Assembly (NCBI RefSeq): GCF_000485595.1
Contig: NW_014577077.1
Coordinates: forward strand, 530,999 to 594,998
Reading direction: 5' to 3'
Origin: Priapulus caudatus
Taxonomy: Eukaryota
DNA: 64,000 nt
Shown here: one piece after another, positions 53,229 to 64,000 of the stretch
Numbering within the stretch: the first letter of the stretch is position 1
Layout of the letters: each line of letters begins with the position of its first letter
Program-made: the position numbers and the translations under genes
The notes under the pieces: model-generated
Databases searched by the model: none
The model's input: the letters and a program-made list of their open reading frames with translations, nothing else
What the model was told of the DNA's origin: nothing

Positions 53229-56200
53229 AAACAGAGAATGGAAAAGGGGGAGAATGAGGGGGCGAGAAAGAAAGTTGCTAGTTTTATATGATGTATATAT
53301 ATTATATTCCATATAAAACTATTCTCATTCAATTTTACTATCGTTCCACATGCTCCGCCGATACTGCATCCTTATCATTTTTCCACCGCTTTTATTCTTA
53401 TTGCCCCATCTGGAATTCCTTTTGTCTGTTTCATAGTCCAATGCTATCTTGACTTATAATTTACAGGCGACGGCACGACACTTTCTTTTAAGAATGCGCT
53501 ACTTGGCAGTAGATGATAACGCATACACTCTGGAACGTGTGAGAACGATCCATTTATTGAGGCCTTGCATCTGTAACAATCTATACCGTCATTGGAGGCT
53601 ACCCGCAGACCGACTACGCCGGTTAGCCAATGTATAACTACCCGATAATGCCTCTACAGCGGCCGATACGCATCAATACATTGACCGCGTTTCCCCGTCA
53701 CGTCTTTCGCAAGAGGAAAAAAATTCGGGTAATTTTGATGAAAATATACATATCTATGAGAAAGCACAGGGGAATTGTGACTTTGAAAATTTTCTTCGTT
53801 TGTGCGTCTGAGCGCACTATCGTCCCGCGTCGCAGAAGAACGAGCCGCGGGGTCTATCCCGTAATTACTATCGCGCACGGGGCTGCGTTGGCCAGCCTCC
53901 GCGAATAATTAGCTAAGAACAACAGTCAAGAGAGGTTTTCCCGCGAGCCAACATTCAGAAAAATATGCAGCGAGATGCGCCAACGCAAATTGTCGTGTGC
54001 GCGTGTCCCACGGACCACTGAAAATGACTCGATCGACTAGCTCTGAGAAATCTATAAACGGTGGCCGATAAGTGCCACTAAAGCTTGTCCTAAGGCAAAA
54101 TCGAACAAAGCAGATAGCGTTCTTGATACAACTCGAACTCAACAACGGCTACATATACAACCCCCTATATTACGCATTGCAATTGCCTACAAAAATTAAA
54201 TACAATAACTTAAAAACTTTCCATTGTAGATATATTCTTATCACGGTATCTTGTTTAAACCAAAAACCAGACAAATATGGTTCTTTTAATACTGAATTAT
54301 ATTTCTATACCACTGAATACCGTCCTTGTACGTATATTGCGCATGTGAGTGTATTGCGATTGTATGTGTGTGTTTCATGCATGTATGTGCCGTCATAAAG
54401 AGGAAAATAGGATACAAATGTGGTATGGTTTCTTTGAACGTCATACGCAAAGGTGTTCGTCTGCACTGATATTCTGAAATGCATGTAACATTGCGATTGT
54501 TTAGGAAATACGACACGAAAAAGGTATAAACTGATCCTATTTCACAGATATATTATGAAAGTATGCAACCTTCGCAGTCGCAGGGAAATGTGAGTTATGA
54601 GGCAACAAATCTGGTAAAACTCAAATTACGCAAGAACAATTACGCAGCGCGTCTCTGCACATCGGGGACGACATCAAAAAGAGCAAATAAGCGCTTAATA
54701 TTAACACGTAGTCCCATATAATGAACTCACGCACGCGCGTGTGCAAATGTTAGATTCACTCCATTCGCTATGGCCGGGCGATAGACTGAAATAGCCCGAC
54801 CATAGAATAGCGAGACTAAATAGTCTGAATATAATATGCTAATATACTGAAAAAGCGAGACAACCATTAATACGCAGACCTCGACGTATGCCACGACCGT
54901 TTCTTAGAGATAAGTCTGAAAGTATTGTAACTGTGAGCGAAAACAACGCGAAAATACGCTCCATATTTCTGACAGCGTGAATGCGACTGGCGAGTGCGTG
55001 GTTTCCTACAAATACGCGTGGCGATCGTATCGGATTACCACATATCCCTCCCTATTCACTCGCGATCACTGCATGATGAAAGAAATCGCGTGTGCATGCA
55101 TTTCCCATCGCAACGACGAAGCATATGATTATAGAGCTTAATAATAATTATTAACTTGCGGTGACAGCAGAATCGATACCGTTTTGCATAAATGTTTAAA
55201 CGGTCGTGCAAATATGCAGCAATGTATAAATTAACTTACATCATTGTAGTGGAATTAAGATCAATGCAAGTATAGCATGATCTGTTTCAAATTAAGTATT
55301 AAGTAAAAAATCTATATATTTATTGCAGTCTGTCTGACTATCTGTCTAACAGTCCGCATCTGTCCGCATCTGTCTAATGTCCGCCTAAGTACTTATAAAT
55401 AAACACAAAAATCGGAATCGGCGAGCATCCACGCACGCACGCACGCACGCACTGCATTCGCGAAACCTCTTTCTCATCGCAATTGTTCGTCATCACTATA
55501 GACGCCGGCTGCCGAAGCAACCCGCGTCTTTCTAATGGCAGAAGAAAGTGTGCTAAGCGCTGCCTGTGGCACATGACAACTGGCGAGTAAGTGCCAATCA
55601 CGCCCGTGCTAACAACCCGCCAACAACACGCGGCTAAATACAGGTGGCGGCTAGCATTACCCATCGCATCGCCCCGCGTGTTTTGTCTAACACTGAAAAA
55701 AACAGCGCCGGCGGTACTCTCTCGGTAAGTAGTAACGCATGCTCTTGATGAGGCGGATCTAATTAGAGCTGAAAGCCGCTGCCTTTACGGCGCAAGCTAT
55801 CCCGAATAAGACCGTGCAGCAGGCAGCAGACCTGGCCACCTGTCGCTCGCTGACGACCTGTTGATTTGGGCTTCAGGCATCACTAACGCCAGCGCCGCAG
55901 CTCCGGCCCCACACGTGCGCGATTCTGCTGAAAACTTTCCCGGTTATGTGAAGACTGCTCGCTGACCTTGGGTTTGGCATCGAGGATGCATCTTCTCGCA
56001 ATGACCCCCATATATCCGGAATGAGAAGAGCAGAGCTCTAGAGAGTGCAAGGGCGTATGAATTTGTGCTGCAATCGCGTACGTGCACGACGCCCGTGTTA
56101 CACTAACGCCCGTTAAGAGAAAAATGGAATCTTTCCCCTGCACCCGTTGACCCTTGACCTCTAGTTTTAACCTGCCGACCAGACGTTTTCTTTTCGGATT

Positions 56201-57180
56201 GCCCCAATACATGCCGAATATGAACACCGTACGTGACGCCGTTCAGAGTGTGCCGCTCGTATTGACGGATGGAAAAAACGAACACTCTTTCTATTGTCGT
56301 AGCCGCACCTGATCATGTCAAGTAAGCAAACACAAAACTGTTTCTATAAAACCATATAACACGCATGCGGACAAGTCTATGTGAGATATAACCTGTTCTT
56401 CAATAAGGACATCAGCTGGCATGTTTGCTATCCAGAATATTTCTCGAGTGTATTCTCTTCTAAACATCTTTATCGGAGATAAGACCAACGTGAACGATTC
56501 AAAATGATTGTCTTGAAGCGTCTCGTTGCTTTGAAGCGGGACTTTTTTGCATGACCAACATGATTACAAATTCATATGTCGACTTCATACAGCCATCTCT
56601 GGCTTATCCTGTGAAGTTCTATAACAGATAATTGTTAATGTGAACTAGAAGAGGTATGAATTAATGAGCCTGTCGAATCTATGCAGCCACCTCTGGCTCA
56701 TGTTCCATTGCAGATAATTGTTAATGTGAACTGGAAGAGGTGTGGAATGACAATATAACTAAATATTTGAATGTCTGCGCTAGTTCAACTGGAACTAGGT
56801 GCCATAATATTACTTCAACATCCACGAAAATAGGAAGAATCTATAGCCAACACAAACTCACTCTCCTACTAACGTTTTAAACATATAAACCCGCATAGAG
56901 GAATCAGACATAGAATGTTCTTCACATGAAATTGGTTAGACAGCAGACAACGAAGGGAATAAAGGACCTTTAACTATGAGACGCTGCTTCGTGCCTTCAC
57001 CCAAGGGTTACGTCAAGAAACATACGAAATACAAGTAGGTTTTGGCCCTTGCTAAATGTTGCCGACGTGGGTGATTGATGTCACATGTAATCAATTGAAT
57101 GCCGTAGAGAGGGGATATACGCACTAGCACGCTCGACATTGACGACGGCACAAGCTGAGAATTTCAAATCAACTACGCCG

Positions 57181-57568
57181 CAGGGGTGGGCAAACTGCGG
57201 CCCGCGGGCCGCATGCGGCCCTCTACGAGGTTCTGTGCGGCCCGCGGAAGCCTGCAGCAAATAAAAAAAATAAAAAATAAAAATCAATAATAAAGCAAAA
57301 TAAAAAAAATCAATAAATTTTTGTGAAAGTAAACATGTTTGTGCTTGAACCGAGTCACACTTATTCAGTGTCATACAGATTAGTGTTCAATTGTCTCTGG
57401 GTTCGCTCTGCAACGCCATTTCAGCTAATTATGGTCCAGAGATAACGCCCTTGAGGCGAAACGCACGTATTATCTTAGAGCGCACCGCCCGATTTTAAAA
57501 GGAGCGGCCCTTTGACTTTTCATGGCTCACTGATGCGGCACTCGCGCTGAAAGGTTTGCCCACCACTG
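57181..57568. mobile_element. hAT (Charlie-like) MITE
   Basis: TIRs CAGGGGTGGGCAAAC / GTTTGCCCACCACTG with subterminal GCGGCCC repeats; flanks AACTACGCCG / AACTACAG are only an imperfect TSD. Confidence 0.85.
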
Positions 57569-57931
57569 AACTACAGCATGCAACAACGCCTTGCGAATCG
57601 CGTCTATCGTCAATTTCTTAGAGAGTACCACGAATTCTACGTAAATTAGTTGGGGACCAAAAAATAATTAAATGAGTCATAGAGCGAATTACCAGTGCAT
57701 ACGGGATTGGCTGCAGTGTAAAGCAATGGGTGCAGCGGGGGGGGGGGGGATAGAATTGAAATTTTCTGGCTAACTGAGTGTAATTCATTTTAGACATATA
57801 GATTTCGGTAGCAAATGTTATTACGAAGGTTATTCTTGTAAACATACGTAAAAGCACAATATCCTCTTTCGCACTTACAAATTGGCAGGTCGCAAATTAA
57901 ACAGGTTTGTTAATGCCCCGGCACAGTACAG

Positions 57932-58248
57932 AACTAGACAGAGTGCACTCACGGAAAGTGCATACCTCCGCCAGCGACATACGCCATACGCCATACGACT
58001 CACGAACACACGAATAAGCCAAGATATACGGCAGCGTACTGACATGTACACGCTGGCTTGCTGGCTTGCTGCTCGCTCACTCGTAGCAGCCGCTCGTTGC
58101 TGCTGCTCGCTCACATGTAGACGCTGGCTGGCTCGCTGGCTGACGCGCTAATATCGATCGCGCGAACACACTAATACACTAACACACTAACACACGAACA
58201 CACGAGAGCGAAAACATAACCTCCTCCAACTCCGTTGGGCGGAGATAA
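57932..58248 (-). mobile_element. Helentron/HINE-like non-autonomous element, copy 2
   Basis: Minus strand: TTATCTCCGCC..GGAGGTTATGTTT start, subterminal GGCGGAGGTAT, GCACT..AGTGC hairpin, CTAG|TT end; homologous to 21865-22140. Confidence 0.75.
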
Positions 58249-58886
58249 CCATGCACACACACGCACGCACGACGCAAGAACGCGCACAAAGATATTTATT
58301 CAATTCATTTATTTATTTATTATTATACGTGCTTGTTTTACTAGGGCATACAGATAATTATAGGAAACGTGATTTGGCAATTTCAATGAGCGAGGGAGGA
58401 GGTTTTTAAATAATATGTTAAATATGAACAAAACAGCAAAAGAAAAATAAATGAAAAAAGCCTATATGCATGGCCTATTAAATTTTTCTCGAGTGTTTTT
58501 AGCGAAAAATCTTCAGATGACAAATGAGCATTGTGGAACAGCTAGAGTTATATTTCACTGCCAATAAAGAACTGTGTCCATCGTACACACGTGTTGTGTG
58601 CTAATTTTTTGTGCACACATCGCCAAAGTGTGTGTCAATTTCGCGAAATACAACTGTCTGGGTTGCTTGCATGTTGTACACAACACTTCAGCTCCTAACC
58701 ACCCGGAAAGCAATTTTGTCATCATCTCCCTCGGTGCTATACATTTCCTCCTATAAATACTAATGATTATGCGCAAAAACAGCTGTGCTGTTCCTGATAG
58801 AATTATATGAACAAAACACATCCATGTAAAACGTGCAGACTAGCACAAACGAAACAAAAGATGGCGCGAAGGAAGGACGGCGGCTA

Positions 58887-59395
58887 GCGTTTTTTTCCCT
58901 AGGTCGATCAAGAACATAGGGCTCTAGTGAGCGCTGCTATTGGTTGAGCTTGTTTCGCCGCTCAATAACGTCACAGGGTCGTAATATTCATAGCACATCC
59001 AAAACTCATAATTCTAATATTCTTCAGTAGCCGAGCGAGTACAGCACGCAATTGAAGGCTGAAATGTCGGTGGATCGAATCCCATCCGTTTTTTAATTAT
59101 TTTCCTGTTTTCTGTATTTTTCTATCTTTATCCGTTTAACAATTTTTTTTCCAATTAACGCAAATATTTACATGATTTATTTACAACAATTTAATAAATA
59201 CAATAAATTTTTACAACAATTAAAAATTTAATTTTTTATATTTTTTTAAATAGGGTTTGGGTTAGGGATAGGGTTAGGTTCACATGCAGTGAACGCACCA
59301 TAAAACAGGAGTTTGGGGCACGTGATTTGTATCAACCAATGGCAGCGCTCAATAGAGCCCTATGTTCTTGATTGACCTAGGAAAAAAAATCACGC
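58887..59395 (+). mobile_element. MULE-like MITE with tRNA-like A/B boxes and TTAGGG motifs, copy 2
   Basis: Same family as 34802-35329; TSD CGGCGGCTA (58878-58886) / CGGTGGCTA (59396-59404). Confidence 0.9.
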
Positions 59396-60380
59396 CGGTG
59401 GCTAAGAAATTACAAGTAACACATTATTGCTAAACACGTAGTGTACAGAGTTTCTTTAGTGAGGGTAAGAGGGCAACTGCCCGTCTCTATTTCTGCGCAT
59501 AATGAAAAAATGAGGTCAAGTGTCAATACTCCATTATTTTAGCTGAATATCAGGCGAATTTCAACGTACATGTTTGACACACATATTTACACACGTCTTC
59601 GTCTACGCTTTAAAATCCGCGCGGAAATTAATTTTTTCATATGCAGCATCTTTCGTGCAACGTATGTGTGTGTGTGTGTGTGTGAGTGCGTGCGTGCGTG
59701 CGTGCGTGCGTGCGTGTGTGTGCATATATATACATCGATATACCTACATCTATATCCAGCTTCTTGATCGTAATCAGATTTTCCAGTTTGACATTTACCT
59801 CAGTCCTGGTTGCTATAAATCTTCCAAACTTTAAATTTGGCTACTGTATCTGTTGAAAAAATGCGCCTCACCACGTTTACACGGATTTTCGCTGTAACGC
59901 AATGTACGCAATGCGTAAGACATTGCTACTGCTATGCAGGACGCCTGCATTGTTGTGCCAGTAATCAGGTATTTTTGTTACTCGAAATTGAAGAGCCACA
60001 TGCTATTTAGAGAAATTAGGCCGACCAAAAATCGATTCTCGTAAAAAAGTCGTACTATGCCGTTTGTGCAGGCGACAGTTACACCCCTACGGACCCACTC
60101 TACCCATTGTGGGTCAAAACGGAATCATAAAAAACATTTTATATTATGCAACTTTGAAAGGAATTCCCAGTTACCGATTGCAACATTTTCCCCTGTTCCT
60201 CTCTATTTGCGTATTCCTCGCTCTCTCCAAATGCGTATCACTGTTTAGCTACCACTCCATCACCCTTTCAGTCTCTACATCCGTCTCTTTACTTGGATTC
60301 CTTCTTTCCTGCCGCTCAACCTTTTGTATAGCGCTGTCTAGCATTCTCCAAAAGTGCGTGTGGCGTTAAGAGTCCCTGTT

Positions 60381-60525
60381 GGCACTGTAGTCTATTACTA
60401 GGCACTGTAGTCTATTACTAGATACTGTAGTCTATTACTAGGCACTGTAGTCTATTACTAGGCACTGTAGTCTATTACTAGGCACTGTAGTCTATTACTA
60501 GGCACTGTAGTCTACTAGTAGGCAC
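60381..60525. repeat. 20-bp minisatellite (~7 units)
   Basis: Unit GGCACTGTAGTCTATTACTA. Confidence 0.97.
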
Positions 60526-62552
60526 ACTACAGCGTGGCTCGAGTATTGGCAAAACAATTTTTTGTCCAGGGTTCCAGGCAGCCAACTAGCAGGTGCCCTG
60601 GAAACATGAAACGCATCAGTAATGCGTTAAAATGCGTTAAAAATATTTATTCTAGCATCGTTATCTAGATTAATGAATGGCTTGGATACACGGCAACTGG
60701 CCATTTTTGCACGTATCCCCCTTGAAGTCATTCATCAGGCTTTTCTTTTCAGACCCGCGAGTATTTGAAGTCGGTAAATCATCTTTGGTCACTTGAGATT
60801 AAAGCAATGTTATAACAACACCCAGTTTATGACACACGAGCATTCAGCAACTGAAACCGCTTCCGTTTTACGTTTTAGATAAAAATGTGTACCTTTCATG
60901 CTGCAAGAAATTCTTGCATTTCGTGCTTCTTTTTTTACAATTTCACAGTAATGGCAAATAAATAAATCTTAGATTTTTTAAACATTTCTGGTGCGTGTGA
61001 TATGGTTGACAGCATTGTTCGTTTCGCCTCTTGCGGTGGTTGCCTGGTATGCTGAATTCACACAGTAAAAGATAACTTCGCGTTTACATTCAGTTATTTG
61101 TTTTGTTTGTAAACACGACAATTTTCCCGCTGAATATGAGTCATGACTCAGTTGAATGAGAAAAACTACATTACCGTGGAAGTACAACTCATTGCAAGGC
61201 GAGACAAGGCGAAGTAAGATTAGTAATATGATTTATACTATCACTAACTGAGGCCTCTATGGCTAAGCTAGACAAGAACACTGATCCTCCAGTGTCCTTC
61301 TGCCCAATGATAGCACTTCCAGGTGCAGGCACTCACATAAGGACAGTGCATGAACCTATTAGGCCATTCAGGCAGCTGCTTGCGAAACAAGAGGAACCAT
61401 GAAGGTTTCGTCAAACCTCCCAATGCAAGCTATATCGTACAGAGATTAAACAGCACAAGCAATGCTTAGTAAGTTACTATCGTAAATGAAATAATCGAAT
61501 AATGCCTTTGCCTATAGAACATTCGCACTTTTACCTATATCCGTCAAGCAGGTAGTCAGCGGCAATCAATTGAACACATACGTAACATAATTTCTACAGG
61601 CGTATCTTTGTTTCACCATGCATGTTTTGGGTACGACGAAACTACAGGAAATAACTATGGAGAAACGTGACGGCAAAAACGATGGTAATTCCGCTACAAA
61701 TACCCAACACCCACAATATCCATAATGTATTTGTGGCTCAAGGACATATCATCGCTACATCAAACAGATGGGCGTGTGTCTGAAATCATAATATTCCAGA
61801 TATACATATAACATGCCTACAGCTATAGCAAATGATCAAAATAATAAAAAAATACACAACGGCGCAAACGAGCTAGATTTCATCCAGTGAATAGAAACTG
61901 CTTCGTCGCTATGGCAACATGTAATTTGCGCATAATGACGCTGGGATTCAGTTGACAATGAGAATAGTACTTGCAGAAGCTGAGACACCAACATAAGCTT
62001 ATACCGAAGAGGTAGGGAATGTCCAACAACCGCGTACGTAGTACGTGTTTCCTATATAATATATAATAACAACATGCGCTGGACCCATAAAATAAGACAC
62101 GTCCTTCTAACTCTCTAACGAGAAAGAATGAAGTCAGATAAAGGAACAGAGACCAAGTGGTTGAAATATATAATTATACATTTCACCATTACACTAAATA
62201 ATTAGAATATTGCATCGCATATTAAAGCACATTCTATAATGAATGTAAGTTGAATACGAATTAAAGCCACTACTGCCATCAACGATAGTAGATGTAACGT
62301 AACGTATACGTGGAGACCAGTGACTGGTCACCAGTGAATCCGGTTCTTACCAGGCGGACAGCAGTGGGCAATGTTTAGTGAAGTAGCCGAGTTGTGCTGA
62401 CAGACAGGCGGAGCTCTAGCGATGTTCAGTTTACAGTTTGAGTTGAAGATTTTAGACCGGAGATAGATGCCTGCGTGGCTGTGGAACTGTGTGAGAAAGG
62501 CAGCGGCCGACATGGCGAGAGAGCTGTGAGATAGACAGATGCCGACGTAACG

Positions 62553-64000
62553 CCTACAGCTGCGAGAAGCTACACGCTACGCGTCTAGAGCTGTGAGAAG
62601 CTACACGTCTACAGCTGTGAGAAGCTACACGTCTACAGCTGTGAGAAGCTACACGTCTTAACAGCCTGCGAGAAGCTACACGTCTACAGGCTGGCTAGAA
62701 CTACACGTCTACAGCTTGCGAGAAGCTACAGTCTACAGGCTGCTAGCCAGACTACACAGTCAACAGCCTGCCTAGAAGCTACACGTCTTACAGCTCTTAC
62801 GGACTACACGGTCTACAGTGCTAGAAGCTTTACACGTCTACAAGCTGCGAGATAGCTTACACGTTCTACAGCCTTGCTGAGAAGCTACAAGTCGTACAGC
62901 CTGCTAGCAAGCTACACGTCATACAGCTGCGCAGAGACTACACGTCTACAGCTACGAGAAGAAGCTACACGTCTACAGCTGACGAGAAGCTACACGTTCT
63001 ACAGCCTGCGAGAAGCTCACGTTCTACAGCTGCGAGAAGCTACCACGTCTATCAGCTGCCCTAGAAGGCTTACACGGTCTACAAGGCTGCGAGAAGCTAC
63101 ACGTCTTACAGTCCTGCCGAGAAGCTACACGTCTACAGCTGGCCTAGAAGCTTTAACCACGTCTTTTACAGCTGTGAGAAGCTACACGTCTACAGTGCGA
63201 GAGAACTACAGTCTACAGGCTACGAGAAGCTACACGTTCCTAGCAGCTGCCGAGAAGCTAACACGTTCTACAAGCTGCTAGAAGCCTACACGTCGTACAG
63301 CTGTGAGAAGCTACACGTCTACAGCTGCTTAGAAGCTACAACGTCTACAGCCTGCGTAGAAGCTACACGTCTACAGCCTGCTAGAAGGCTACACGTCTTT
63401 TACAAGCTGCTAGAAGTACAGCGGTTCTACAGCCTTGCGAGAAGCCTCACGTCTACAGCTGCCTAGAGCTACACGTTCTACAGCTCCCTAGAATTGTACA
63501 CGTCTCAGCTGCTAAGAAAGCTACACGTCTTATCAGCTGCTAGAAGGCCACACGTCTAGCAGCTGCGAGAAGCTAACGTCTACAGCTGCTAGAAAGCTTA
63601 CACGTCTACAAGCTGCTAGAAGCTACACGTCTACAAGCTGCTAGAAGCGTATCAGCGTCTACAGCTGCTTAGAAGCTTACACGTCTATCAGCTGCGAGAA
63701 GCTTACACGTCTACAGCTGCGAGAAGCTACACGGTCTTAAGTGCCTAGAAGCTACACGTCCTACAGCTGCGAGATAGCTACCGGTCTACAGACGTGCGAG
63801 AAGCTACACGTCTACAGCTGGAGAAGCTACACGGTCGTACAGCTGACGAGAAGCATACACGTCTAAGCTGCTAGTAAGCGCTACACGTCTACAGCTGCGG
63901 CAAGTCCTACACGGTTACAGCTGCTATGAAGCTACACGTCTTACAGCTGGGCTAGAAGCTACACAGTCCTACAAGCTGGCTAGAAGCTACACGTCTACAG
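62553..64000. repeat. 24-bp satellite running off the window end
   Basis: Unit GAGAAGCTACACGTCTACAGCTGC with frequent single-base indels. Confidence 0.95.

Noticed and set aside
54768..54805. Small hairpins (also 13861-13961, 19985-20006)
   Set aside because: No TSD or second copy to support an element or RNA call.
62356..62523. Exon-like minus-strand segment with GTAAGA donor
   Set aside because: Phase-compatible, but no recognisable homology and the acceptor is ambiguous.
62553..64000. CRISPR-like or coding interpretation of the 24-bp array (also the 20-, 31- and 39-bp arrays)
   Set aside because: Head-to-tail units with no unique spacers in a eukaryotic context; indel variation looks like uncorrected read error.

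Overview
Repeat-rich animal (probably invertebrate) genomic DNA; the six-frame ORF track is mostly noise from microsatellites. The host gene is a minus-strand TRAPPC9 (NIBP/brunelleschi) homologue, missed by the ORF track. It has four frame-compatible exons (42139-41997, 40041-39931, 39380-39257, 36200-36107), one probable upstream exon (50935-50859) and a minor-spliceosome (U12, GT-AG) intron at 39256-36201. The rest is mostly DNA-transposon debris: a decayed AcademX (DDE + XPG + Cys-rich) element, a short Helitron, Helentron-like elements, Harbinger-, MULE-, hAT- and P/Galileo-type MITEs with identifiable TIRs/TSDs, and several minisatellites. The most unusual structure is at 47.6-49.1 kb, where five consecutive segments of a hAT transposase/Harbinger locus each appear inverted in place, so the protein reads as same-strand blocks in reverse order. 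Also notable are probable P-element excision scars and MITEs carrying TTAGGG repeats or a tRNA-like Pol III promoter. All family assignments come from motif recognition by eye, not database searches. Parts of the window (16-19 kb, 62.5-64 kb) look like low-quality assembly.
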